Source of the DNA: Vairimorpha necatrix
Taxonomy: Eukaryota
Assembly (NCBI GenBank): GCA_036630325.1
Contig: CP142735.1
Coordinates: 62,001 to 126,000 of the forward strand
Direction: 5' to 3'
Length of the DNA stretch: 64,000 nucleotides
Numbering within the stretch: position 1 is the first letter of the stretch; the number at the start of each line of letters is the position of its first letter. A program made the translations under genes and the position numbers. Shown piece after piece: positions 1-9,149 of the stretch. Below the pieces are notes generated by a model that ran no database searches, had not been told where the DNA came from, and worked only from the letters and a program-made list of their open reading frames with translations.

Positions 1-84
1 TTTATGTACACAATTATATTTTAATACAAGTTTTTACAATAATATAAACCAATAAGCTAATTTTGCCCTTCTGATTTTTTAGAA

Positions 85-690
85 TTGGGGACAAAAACGC
101 TCCCCTCTGAGAGTGTTCACTTTATAATTTTGAACCCCAAAAACGAAGTGCAAAATAAAGGAGAAGCAATCATTAGTACTCAAATTACTTGCATCTTCAA
201 ACAGTAAAAATACCAAATAAATATATATTTGTATACGAAATTTAATTTAAAAAAAGCTTATAACCATAAAACTATATAATTCTTTATAACTTAACATATT
301 TAAATTAAATTTTTTGATTTAACAATATGTGTAGATCGTTGAACATTTATTTAAATTTTCTTTTATAAATAATATTTATAATTTCAATTGTTGGTTTATT
401 ATTAAAGTAGATTTTCTTCAAAAATCTACTTTCATAATAAACCAACAATTAAAAAAAATTTGACAAAATAAGAAGGGTGAAAAAAGACACAATACTTCAA
501 ATGATTATTATAACTAAATCTAAAATTAATTTTTGTATAAAAGCATATATTTATTTGTTATTTTTAATGTTTAAAGTGATAAGAAATTTTTGTCCCTTTC
601 TTGCTCCTCTTTTTTTTTGCACTTCAATTTTGGGGTTCGAAAAATAAATTGAAGCGCTTCAAAGGGGGGGGTCTAAAGTATCCTTCACCC
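85..690. mobile_element. Non-autonomous Merlin-family remnant (MITE-like)
   Basis: 545-690 is nearly identical to the right TIR of the Merlin at 13348-14618 (ends GTCTAAAGTATCCTTCACCC). ~85-230 resembles a diverged left TIR (GAACCCCAAAAACGAAGTGCAAAA). There is no transposase ORF and no TSD was found, so the left boundary is approximate. Confidence 0.65.
386..450. repeat. 30-bp inverted repeat (hairpin), 5-nt loop
   Basis: AATTGTTGGTTTATTATTAAAGTAGATTTT-cttca-AAAATCTACTTTCATAATAAACCAACAATT, one mismatch. Confidence 0.9.
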
Positions 691-1038
691 TCAATATTCA
701 TTTCAGATTAAAAATCTGATGTCCACAAAGTTCAAAAATAGAACTTGTACTGGGTAATAAGAGTCAAAATAAGATATTGTGACATTGATATTGCTAATTT
801 CGTTACTTTTTATTGGTTTTCTAAATTTTCAAAACATTAATTAAAATTTTAATTTTTCTTTTTTTTTCAAAAAAATAAATAAAAAATTCAAAATCAAAAA
901 TGGTAAATTAAAAAAATAAAAAATGTATTAAAAGCTTATACATAAATCATAAACAACTTTTAGTTTTTTTGTAGAAGTTTTATAAAATATCGAAGATTTT
1001 TAATTTATTTTTTTGTATATAAATAAATTTTTTCTTTA

Positions 1039-1050
1039 CCCCACATTATG
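1039..1050 (+). promoter_or_regulatory. Microsporidian CCC-like start motif (example; recurs before most genes)
   Basis: AT-rich tract, then CCC(C), then ATG within ~12 nt. Seen at 1048, 13615, 15129, 36442, 45036 and 60669 (+), and at 22370, 28003, 41582, 42420, 43321, 44835, 46752, 48059, 48914, 51569 and 55583 (-). Confidence 0.85.
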
Positions 1051-2592
1051 TTCATCTTACATGTCTTCTATATGTTTGTTTCTATACAAGCAATTTATAG
1101 ACCTCTATGTAATAAAACCACGAAAGGGGTCAATCAAAAAATCGAAGGAGGAGATTATCGAATGGTAGATACTACTAAAAATTATGGTTATGCAGACTTA
1201 AGGCATTTTGAAAATAAGATATTAAGTTTTTCTTTTAAAATATTAGACTTTGAGAAGAATAAAAATTCAGAAATACCAGAATCATTAAATATTAATTGTG
1301 AGGGAAAATCTTTAGATATTATTCTTAATGAATATGAAAGAAAATTGATAGAAATTATGAACAAATATAATTTATATAAGGTCTTTTTAGTATATAGGGA
1401 TGCTGTTACAGACGAATGCATAAATTATAATGAAAATATCATTATTAAGGACATTATAGAAGGAATCAGAAAAATAAATGATGACCGAAATAATACAAAT
1501 AACGAAAACAAATTTTTGCATCAAAAAACTATTCAAGCTTATATTAATGAGGAAAAATCTATGATTCATATGATCGAAGTAGCTCCCTTAAAAACAGAAT
1601 ACTACAGATGTAGAGCTAATTCATATGTTGAATATAAAAAGGAATTGAGTGGGGATATATGTATCAGTGTTTTAGTTTATATAGAAAAGGCTTACTTTTA
1701 CTTCGAATTTTCCAAAGTCGAAATGCTGGACATAGTAAAACAATGTCTAAAAGAAAAGAACAAAATTTCTCCTAAGTGTTTCGATTTATACGAAGATGTT
1801 TTTTTTTCTTCATCTTATTCTAATAAAAGTGTGAGATTTTTCACAGAAAGAAGTCTGAAAATTCCGAATACTACACGTCAGAATGAAAATTGCAAAATAA
1901 TAAAATTATTAAGAGATGAGCTAGGTTTATTGAAGTGTCCTCAAAATAATAACACTACAATTAATCCAGTGCAAGAAAATAATTTGGAAGGCAGGAAATA
2001 TGCAGAAAAAATGCAAGATTTAATGGGAAATACAGAATACGAAGTCATCGATGCGTTTAATATTCTATTGAAAGAAAACGAAATTGGGTTTCTCGTCAAA
2101 AGAATTTTGGATAAAACAAAAGATCAGTTGAATATATTTTTCGGACATATATTAGTTTTCGATGAATTAATAGAAACAGAGGATTTAGATTGCCTAATCG
2201 AAAATAAAGGGAATCTTAACAGGGAAGAAATTATATCAAAGATATTTAGCAGTAATAAATACCGATATAGATGTGTTAAGATATTTTTATTTGTTGAAGC
2301 AGGAAATTACATTAACAACGAGAAAGCTGCCGAAGGATCTTTTAAAACTTTGAAAGAAATTGGAAATATTATGAAAGATAATCTAAGAAACGAAGATCAA
2401 AATGAGCAAAGTTCTAAATATTTGAATTTAGTTGATATAATGAATGAAGTAATTGTAAAACAAAGTGAAAACTTTGAAGTTTTTAGAATACTAAATATGA
2501 CCAATTTTATTCAATTATTAGTCAATTCAAGTTTCAACGAAGACACATTTATTACATATAAAAAAGTGGAATATCTACAGATGAATTCATAA
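1048..2592 (+). CDS. Putative secreted protein, lineage-specific family, paralogue A (C-terminus probably frameshifted)
   Basis: 514-aa ORF with a hydrophobic N-terminus (MFILHVFYMFVSIQA) and CCCC 6-9 nt upstream of the ATG. Homology with paralogue B continues in another frame (..DEFIKMHNLDPKKVEGDINTIKEKLAEIAKEERK) to ~2685, past an A-run near 2560. Confidence 0.8.
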   Translation: MFILHVFYMFVSIQAIYRPLCNKTTKGVNQKIEGGDYRMVDTTKNYGYADLRHFENKILSFSFKILDFEKNKNSEIPESLNINCEGKSLDIILNEYERKLIEIMNKYNLYKVFLVYRDAVTDECINYNENIIIKDIIEGIRKINDDRNNTNNENKFLHQKTIQAYINEEKSMIHMIEVAPLKTEYYRCRANSYVEYKKELSGDICISVLVYIEKAYFYFEFSKVEMLDIVKQCLKEKNKISPKCFDLYEDVFFSSSYSNKSVRFFTERSLKIPNTTRQNENCKIIKLLRDELGLLKCPQNNNTTINPVQENNLEGRKYAEKMQDLMGNTEYEVIDAFNILLKENEIGFLVKRILDKTKDQLNIFFGHILVFDELIETEDLDCLIENKGNLNREEIISKIFSSNKYRYRCVKIFLFVEAGNYINNEKAAEGSFKTLKEIGNIMKDNLRNEDQNEQSSKYLNLVDIMNEVIVKQSENFEVFRILNMTNFIQLLVNSSFNEDTFITYKKVEYLQMNS

Positions 2593-3138
2593 AAATGCAT
2601 AATCTTGATCCAAAGAAAGTAGAAGGAGATATCAATACGATTAAAGAAAAACTAGCAGAAATTGCCAAAGAAGAAAGAAAATAAAAATGTTTTCTAGCTA
2701 AACTTTATTTTAATTTGATTTATTTTTTATTTTATATGTCGTTAAATTGTTTATATATATTTTCCATCCTCTCTTTCCAGCATGAATTTATATATTTTAA
2801 TTGGCCAATCATCATGCGATAATTGTATCATATTTTGTGGCCCCTGTACTGGCCACGACACTATAAATATCTACATTCAAAATTTTTCATTTTTTCTTAT
2901 GATTAACAAAATAACATAGAATTTATTGGTCCTGCATGTTTTAAACATCATAAATCATTAAATTGCATATCTTTACAGTCAAAATCATGATACAAATAAA
3001 CTTAAGACAAATTCTCAAATTCTAACCCGCGATAATAATTGTCACAGTTCGGAGCGGACGCCAGGGTTAAAAAATTAAAAAAAATCTCTTCAGTGAGGAT
3101 CGAACCAAAAAATAAGAACAAATAAATGTTCGTCTTAA

Positions 3139-4746
3139 ATGAATACCGAAGTTTTGTCTAAAAAAATGGGGTTTACCAAACGCAAAAAAAAGGAGGAAGA
3201 AACTTGCGAGATTGAGGCCGACTTATCGACCTCTGGAGTACAAGAAAGTGTTAATTCACTAGTATTGGAAGGCTACAAACCAGAATGTGAAGTTAGCAGC
3301 TTCCGCAAGGCTGCTATTCACACAGACCAAGAATTGATAAAATTCTGGTTACGAACAGAGACTTTATTCAACAGAATAAAGATAGAAGAAGGCAGAAATG
3401 CCAACCAAAGGTACTGTGGGAGAGCTGGGCTGATGGCTAGCTTTGCTTTCTATTGTAAGAGCTCACATGGAGTGACAAGTATTCATCAGGAGTACTTAGA
3501 TGCCATCTGTGAAGAGCTCAATGAACAGAGATTCAAGCTTAAAAACTTGAAGAAGCAGCACGAGATTGAGATTTCCGTAATGAGAAACCAACTCAACACA
3601 CAAATTGATGCCCTAAAGGCTTCAAATGAAAGATTAGAGCAGAGAATTGACATGATTCTCACTGCAAAAAAAGGAGAGTGTGAAGAACCAATAACAAAAA
3701 AAGCTGATCGTACTGATCAAAAAAAGGAAAAGGAGAAGTTTGGTGTCTTCTCTAAAACTCAAGATAAAGAGCAAATAAAGGTTACGGGTAAAAGGATCTC
3801 ATCATCCAATACCATTAATGTGTTTTTACGGAAGGTAACCGCTGCCGTAAAAGGAAACAGGAAATTGTTGAAGAAAAATATTCTTCTAACAGAAAAGACG
3901 GAGAATGACTGGACAATCATTCTTAAAAATTGTGATATGAAACCAAAGGTTTCAAAAAAAGCTGATGCCTCAAAAACAGCAGATGCCAATAGGTTTGCCC
4001 TATTCCTAGAAGGTATAAAAAAGAACTTCAACTGTGATACGAAACAGTTGAAAGTACCCGCTTCAAGTTCTAAAACTTGTAAAAAAATACTGAAAGATTA
4101 TTTGTTACTGTCATCTATAAAAGGTTGTGCGAAGTCGAAATCTATGACTGAGCGCAAATCCAAGATGAAGAAAACATATTTACCAAAGGCACCTTCTTCT
4201 CACATTACGAGGAAGAAACAAACAAATTGGATAGATAAACTATCCAGAGAAGAGTTGCTAGACCTAGCAATAAACGGAAAGAGGCTCAAAGACTGCAAAT
4301 ACAAAATTGTGGTCGCTCATGGTTTCCCCCGAGGGGAACACATTATCAGGGAGACCTGGGCCAAATTAATGGGCATAGAGGAAAAGAACATTCCCCTAGT
4401 AAAAGATATTGAAGGCGAGGGCAGAATCTTTCTCATTAGAGATGAATTCTGCTTTCAAGCTGCAGAAGCTCTTGAGAACGCTTCAGAAAATGTAAGAGTA
4501 TTAGTTGCCGAAAACGAAGTAGGCAATTATTTCTCTAGGAACAGATCAGCTTTGACGAAAATATTCTCCGATCTTCGTCAAAATTGGAGGAAGTATGTGC
4601 CTGTCGATAAGGCAATAAAAGTTATAAAAAACGGTCTATCTGACAAGCCTACAGTAAGCCATGAAGAGTTCTTTCTATCCGAGTTATACTTTGAGCATCT
4701 CGGGAAAGACAGGAAAGTTGATAGTAAACATCACAATGAACAGTGA
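3139..4746 (+). CDS. LINE ORF1 protein (coiled-coil, basic)
   Basis: 535-aa open frame immediately upstream of the APE-RT frame, with a heptad-rich segment (ELNEQRFKLKNL...LEQRIDM). A decayed second copy lies at 17557-19120. Confidence 0.75.
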   Translation: MNTEVLSKKMGFTKRKKKEEETCEIEADLSTSGVQESVNSLVLEGYKPECEVSSFRKAAIHTDQELIKFWLRTETLFNRIKIEEGRNANQRYCGRAGLMASFAFYCKSSHGVTSIHQEYLDAICEELNEQRFKLKNLKKQHEIEISVMRNQLNTQIDALKASNERLEQRIDMILTAKKGECEEPITKKADRTDQKKEKEKFGVFSKTQDKEQIKVTGKRISSSNTINVFLRKVTAAVKGNRKLLKKNILLTEKTENDWTIILKNCDMKPKVSKKADASKTADANRFALFLEGIKKNFNCDTKQLKVPASSSKTCKKILKDYLLLSSIKGCAKSKSMTERKSKMKKTYLPKAPSSHITRKKQTNWIDKLSREELLDLAINGKRLKDCKYKIVVAHGFPRGEHIIRETWAKLMGIEEKNIPLVKDIEGEGRIFLIRDEFCFQAAEALENASENVRVLVAENEVGNYFSRNRSALTKIFSDLRQNWRKYVPVDKAIKVIKNGLSDKPTVSHEEFFLSELYFEHLGKDRKVDSKHHNEQ

Positions 4747-7700
4747 TAAAAATGCCATTATTAAAAGACTTTTAATAAATAATATATATTTTAATAAAAA
4801 ACAAGTTATACGGCTTCTTAGCTGTACCAAAATTAATTGTCTACCCAACAATTCACCAAAAGTTAGTAACTTTACTAATAAAAGTAATGGATGTAAACTG
4901 AGATTTAAATCTCATGTCTATATCATGGTAAAAGCTAGAATGCTGAGAACAAGCATTCAAAAGGGGTTGTGTCTAGTTAAAACAATGGCCAACCATATCA
5001 ATGGAGAAGAACTCCGACAACAGTTAGACAGAGTGTCAACGGGATTATCGGACTCTCTTATCTATACCAGAAAGCATCGCAGAAAAGATGCTAACTTCAC
5101 CTTCTGCGTAGTCAGAAGGTCAAGAAAAAAAGAAATTTCTGAAGCCATGGATACACTTGGCCTAGAAATATTAAAAGAAATTCCAACTCGTGATAGGGTG
5201 GAGAATAAAAGAAGATGCAAGTCCATAGAGAAGGCCAAGCTCTATAGTCTTAACATCAACCATTTCTACGGAAAGAAGGAGGACTTGGAAATCCTCCTTA
5301 AAGTAGAAAAGCCAACAGTCTTGTGTCTATAAGAAACTTGGAAGAAATACTTAGGTTCTACGAGACTAGAAAAGTATATGGTGGTGGAGACACCAGCCAT
5401 AGGAAAGAATCGGCCAGGTCTAATGACTCTAGTCAGAAAAGACGGGGCAGTAAGATGTTCCAAAAAGGGGGATGACGACAATATTCTACAAACTGTCGTT
5501 GAATTCAAAACTAACACGGGATGGACAAAGGTCTTAATAATCAATGTTTACGTTCCACAAGAGAGAGAGTTAAAGACCGAAACTCTAAGTAAAGTAATTA
5601 ACCTTCTTAGTATTGAGAAGGATAAAAGAAACTACAAGGAGATTGTAGTGATGGGGGATATGAATACTAGTGATTCTTCCCTCAAAAAGAAGCTTGCTAT
5701 CGCAGGGTTAAGCCCTACAATAAACTATAACAGATTACCAGGGACAAGAATCCTGAGTGATGGACAAGTCTCTAAAAGACGTATTGATACGATATTTAGG
5801 GTCTTAATTCAGGACAACGAGAAAGTAACAATTTCTCGAAGATGGACGGTAAGTGATCATCTCTTGCTGAAGAGAATGATATCTCTTTCTTCTCCAGTGA
5901 GAGAACGGTCATTTGCCTACGTTAGGAAGAAACTTGAGCATCCAGGAATGGAAGCTAAGCTTTCAAGAAAGTTGAATGAAAAAACATCCACACTAGATGA
6001 ACTCTCTAGAGTTTTAAAAGACGTTTGTATATCCTCCAAGATATACAGTAAAGTGGAGACATTCAAAGGACTGCCCATCAGATGGAGACACGTAAATGTC
6101 TTTAAAAGTTTTAGATATGCTACTAAGCGTATGCTAACGAATAGGTCCGTAACGTCTGTGCATAGGTACATGTTACTGAAGGATAAGATTGAGGCAACAA
6201 AGATAAAAGTTCGGAAAGATCGAGCCAAACTTTGGGCCTTCAAGGGCATTAAGTTCTATAAAAGTAACAGATCCAGAGACTTCTTGAAATGGTTGAAAAG
6301 TTCTTCTAACGTCACTGTTAGATAAGACAATGTTTGCTTGAAAGATGTATCAGGCATGGCTCATAACGAGCATAAAAAGAAGTTAGGGATGGCCAATGAC
6401 TTTTAAGCTAATCTAGCTAACTCAATTTCAGACGTTGAAAATGTCTATCAAAAAAATATCGAAAGGGATACTCCAGAGAACATCTATGGAGGAATTATTG
6501 AGAGCCACTAATAACTGTGGCAATAACAAGGCAGCTGGACCGGATGGGATTCAAACCGAGTTATACAAGTACTACTTAAACCTAGTTTAGTAGATAAAAA
6601 GCTACCTCTGTTCCTTGTGAACGAGTTCAACAGAATACTAACAGGAGACAGCCCTCCTGTTAGCTGGAGTGCTGCTGACATGATTTGATTCCATAAAAAA
6701 GGAGATGTGCTAGATCTCAACAACTATAGAGGAATTGCGCTAATTAACACAATAAGCAAAATTTACTTTTAAACAGTAAACGACAGACTTACACAGTTTG
6801 TTGAAGAAAAGAACATTCTTTCTCCTTTTCAAGCCGGATTTAGAGCAGGAGAAGAATGTATGAATCAGATTGCAACCTTGCTGGAGGTGGTTAAAAGAAG
6901 AGAATTTCGAAGTCATCAAACATTTCTATGTTTTATTGACTTTGAAAAAGCTTACGACAATGTTAGCCATGAGCTACTATACAATAAGCTAGAAAGATAT
7001 AGTATTCCAAGATATCTTATAAACACATTGAAAGATATCTATGGAAATACTAAGATGAGAATCCGTATAAACGGAGACACAAGTAGTGGATTTCTCTACA
7101 AAAAAGGTGTGAGACGGGGTGGATCTGTTCTCCTACGCTGTTCAATTTATTCATAAATGATATTTTTGACGGCATAACGGGAGTGAGCGTTCCTCGCTCA
7201 AATATAAGCCTGCCTGGGCTGATGTTCGCAGATGACATCGTAGTTCTAGGCAATACTCTTGCTGATCTGAAACACAAAGTATGTCAAATCAGCAGATGGG
7301 CAGTTGAGAATCGTATGATGATCAACTGTGACAAAAGTGGTATCTTAGTATGGGATGCCAATAATAGATCCGAGTCGGTAGATGTCGCTATCAGGACTGA
7401 CCTTTGAAAAATCGGTGAAGTCGCCGAATACAGGTATTTGGGTGTTCTTATAAAAAAGATCTACTTTAGAAGAACACTTAGTCAGAGATGGAGCCTTCAG
7501 AGGCAAAAAAGCTTTAAAAGTCTTGAAACCAAAGCTTCTAAATAAAGTAATAAATATAGCTTTTAAAGGTATATACATAAAAAATGTGCTATTTCCCTCA
7601 CTAATGTACGGAAGTGAATTATGGGGGATGTCTAGTATAAGGTCTGGTGGGATCAATAGAATCCCAAGAAAAGCGATCCGAATGATATTTCGAACAAAAA

Positions 7701-8455
7701 TAGTGCCATTAGATAGGATAATGGACAACTCTGTATGATTAGAGTTCACATACAGGCGGCACTAAGTAGATTTAGGGCATTAAGGAAGTGGAAACACAAT
7801 AAAACCATTATCTCGGAATTTATTAACCAACCTTCGAGGGAAAGGAAAACAACTTGGAGCTTAAGAACTAGACGTTGGTGTAATATAAATATCGGGAACG
7901 ATTATGAAAGCATTGCCTACATTATAGGCAAGAACAAGATTTTAGAGGTACTTAAGGCAAGGGGTTCCTACAACACCACTTTAGGTGCTCTAATAGCAGA
8001 TAAGTATGGAATCTGTGATTCGCAGATTAAGCACATACTATCAAAAGTAAACAACTGGCAGATCAGGAATTACACCAGGCTTCGGTGTAATTTAGTCAGA
8101 TGGTCTTCTGCTTTGGCTAATGCCAACAGTATTTCTCCTTTTTATAGGACTCATTGTTTCCTATGTGAGGGAGTTTGAGAAGACCTTGAACACTTCTTGT
8201 TAGACTGTCCGACGCTCTCTAACACAAGATCTCTATATGAGAATAAAAAAATCTAAGTTGAGATCTTCAACTCAAACAAAAGAGGAGCTAGTTAAGATGA
8301 TTATTGGTAACATCAATGTCATCAAAGCTTCTTTTGATAAAAGGAAGTCTCTACTTGTAAGAGTAGAGTTCTTAGACAAGATGATTGTACAACGATATAT
8401 CGTTATACGAGAAAAGGAAAGGCTTGTAAGCCAGAACAGATCTAGAGAAATCTAG
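4736..8455 (+). pseudogene. LINE ORF2 (N-terminal extension, APE endonuclease, RT, CCHC) with several stops and frameshifts
   Basis: Collinear fragments 4661-5332, 5378-6325, 6860-7156, 7183-7407, 7523-7738, 7735-8178 and 8237-8455. TAA at 5330 replaces the Q of LQETW (copy 2 has CAA). Confidence 0.85.
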
Positions 8456-8687
8456 AAGAAAAAAAAAACACACTTTTAACTGGGGAAGGTATGGCAAGCT
8501 GCTGGTGCCGTAGCATTTACGTTGAACTAGTTAGGTTCTTAACTGACGAGTGGACCAGGCGTGTTATTCTCTTAGAACCCTGCTGAACGCAGGTCAAGAC
8601 AGGAATGTTTTGGTTCTAATCCTAAGGGATATTTTTTCTCCTACAAGCAAGGCCTTTATGGTATGCTGGTGTGTATCACAAGTTATT

Positions 8688-8826
8688 GGCTGTTGAAGTT
8701 TTTATTTGCTGGTTGGCTTTTCTTTAATAACAATAAAAGTTTTTTAGTTTTTTTTTCTAAGGCTGTTGAAGTTTTTATTTGCTGGGTGGCTTTTCTTTAA
8801 TAACAATAAAAGTTTTTTAGTTTTTA
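8688..8826. repeat. Two tandem ~70-bp repeats at the LINE/RLE junction (also at 39363-39500)
   Basis: GGCTGTTGAAGTTTTTATTTGCTGG..GGCTTTTCTTTAATAACAATAAAAGTTTTTTAGTTTTT x2. Confidence 0.9.
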
Positions 8827-9149
8827 TTTATATATATGATGTTTAATAGAATAATATAAGCCGTTGCTGATTAAATTTGTAAATATATTTTATTTTTACA
8901 TATTTGTACTTACAAAAGACATTTTTTTAACTTATAGATTATATATAATTAATTTGGGTATAATATTCGGCTTATTAATTAATTTTCACAAGATACGCTT
9001 ACAGTCTCATCTGACAGTTCCAGGACTTCCTTCTGAGATTCACTCATTGGGCTCTCAAAACCCCCTTCCTGATCTGTATCAAGCCCATGTCTGGCTGACA
9101 TAGTTAGGCTTTCTAAAGTCATTTTAAGGACTCTTGACTGTATATATGC
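8827..9149 (-). mobile_element. 3' tail fragment of an RLE-type (R2/R4/NeSL-like) non-LTR retrotransposon
   Basis: Nearly identical to 39500-39819, which continues into an ORF carrying the restriction-like endonuclease motif. Confidence 0.75.

Larger units (their letters stand above)
691..3040 (+). repeat. Segmental duplication, copy 1 (copy 2 at 14774-17000)
   Basis: Upstream region, gene and 3' flank align by eye with 14774-17000 (offset ~14.08 kb). Identity resumes in the LINE (3158 vs 17557). Confidence 0.9.
3041..8826 (+). mobile_element. Near full-length APE-type non-LTR retrotransposon (LINE); ORF1 intact, ORF2 decayed
   Basis: APE motifs: SLNIN, L*ETW, NVYVP, MGDMN, IDTI, SDH. RT motifs: YRGIALIN, FQAGFR, FIDFEKAYD, GVR, MFADD, YRYLG. 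C-terminal CCHC: CFLCE...HFLLDC. Boundaries approximate. Confidence 0.9.

Noticed and set aside
2837-2865. GTGGCC..GGCCAC hairpin in a ~135-bp segment absent from duplicate copy 2, as a Helitron 3' end
   Set aside because: It is followed by CTAT rather than CTRR, and no 5' TC end or second copy was identified.
8540-8600. CTGACGAG in the GC-richer LINE 3' UTR as a hammerhead ribozyme core
   Set aside because: No stem II followed by GAAA in either copy (8543 or 39215).
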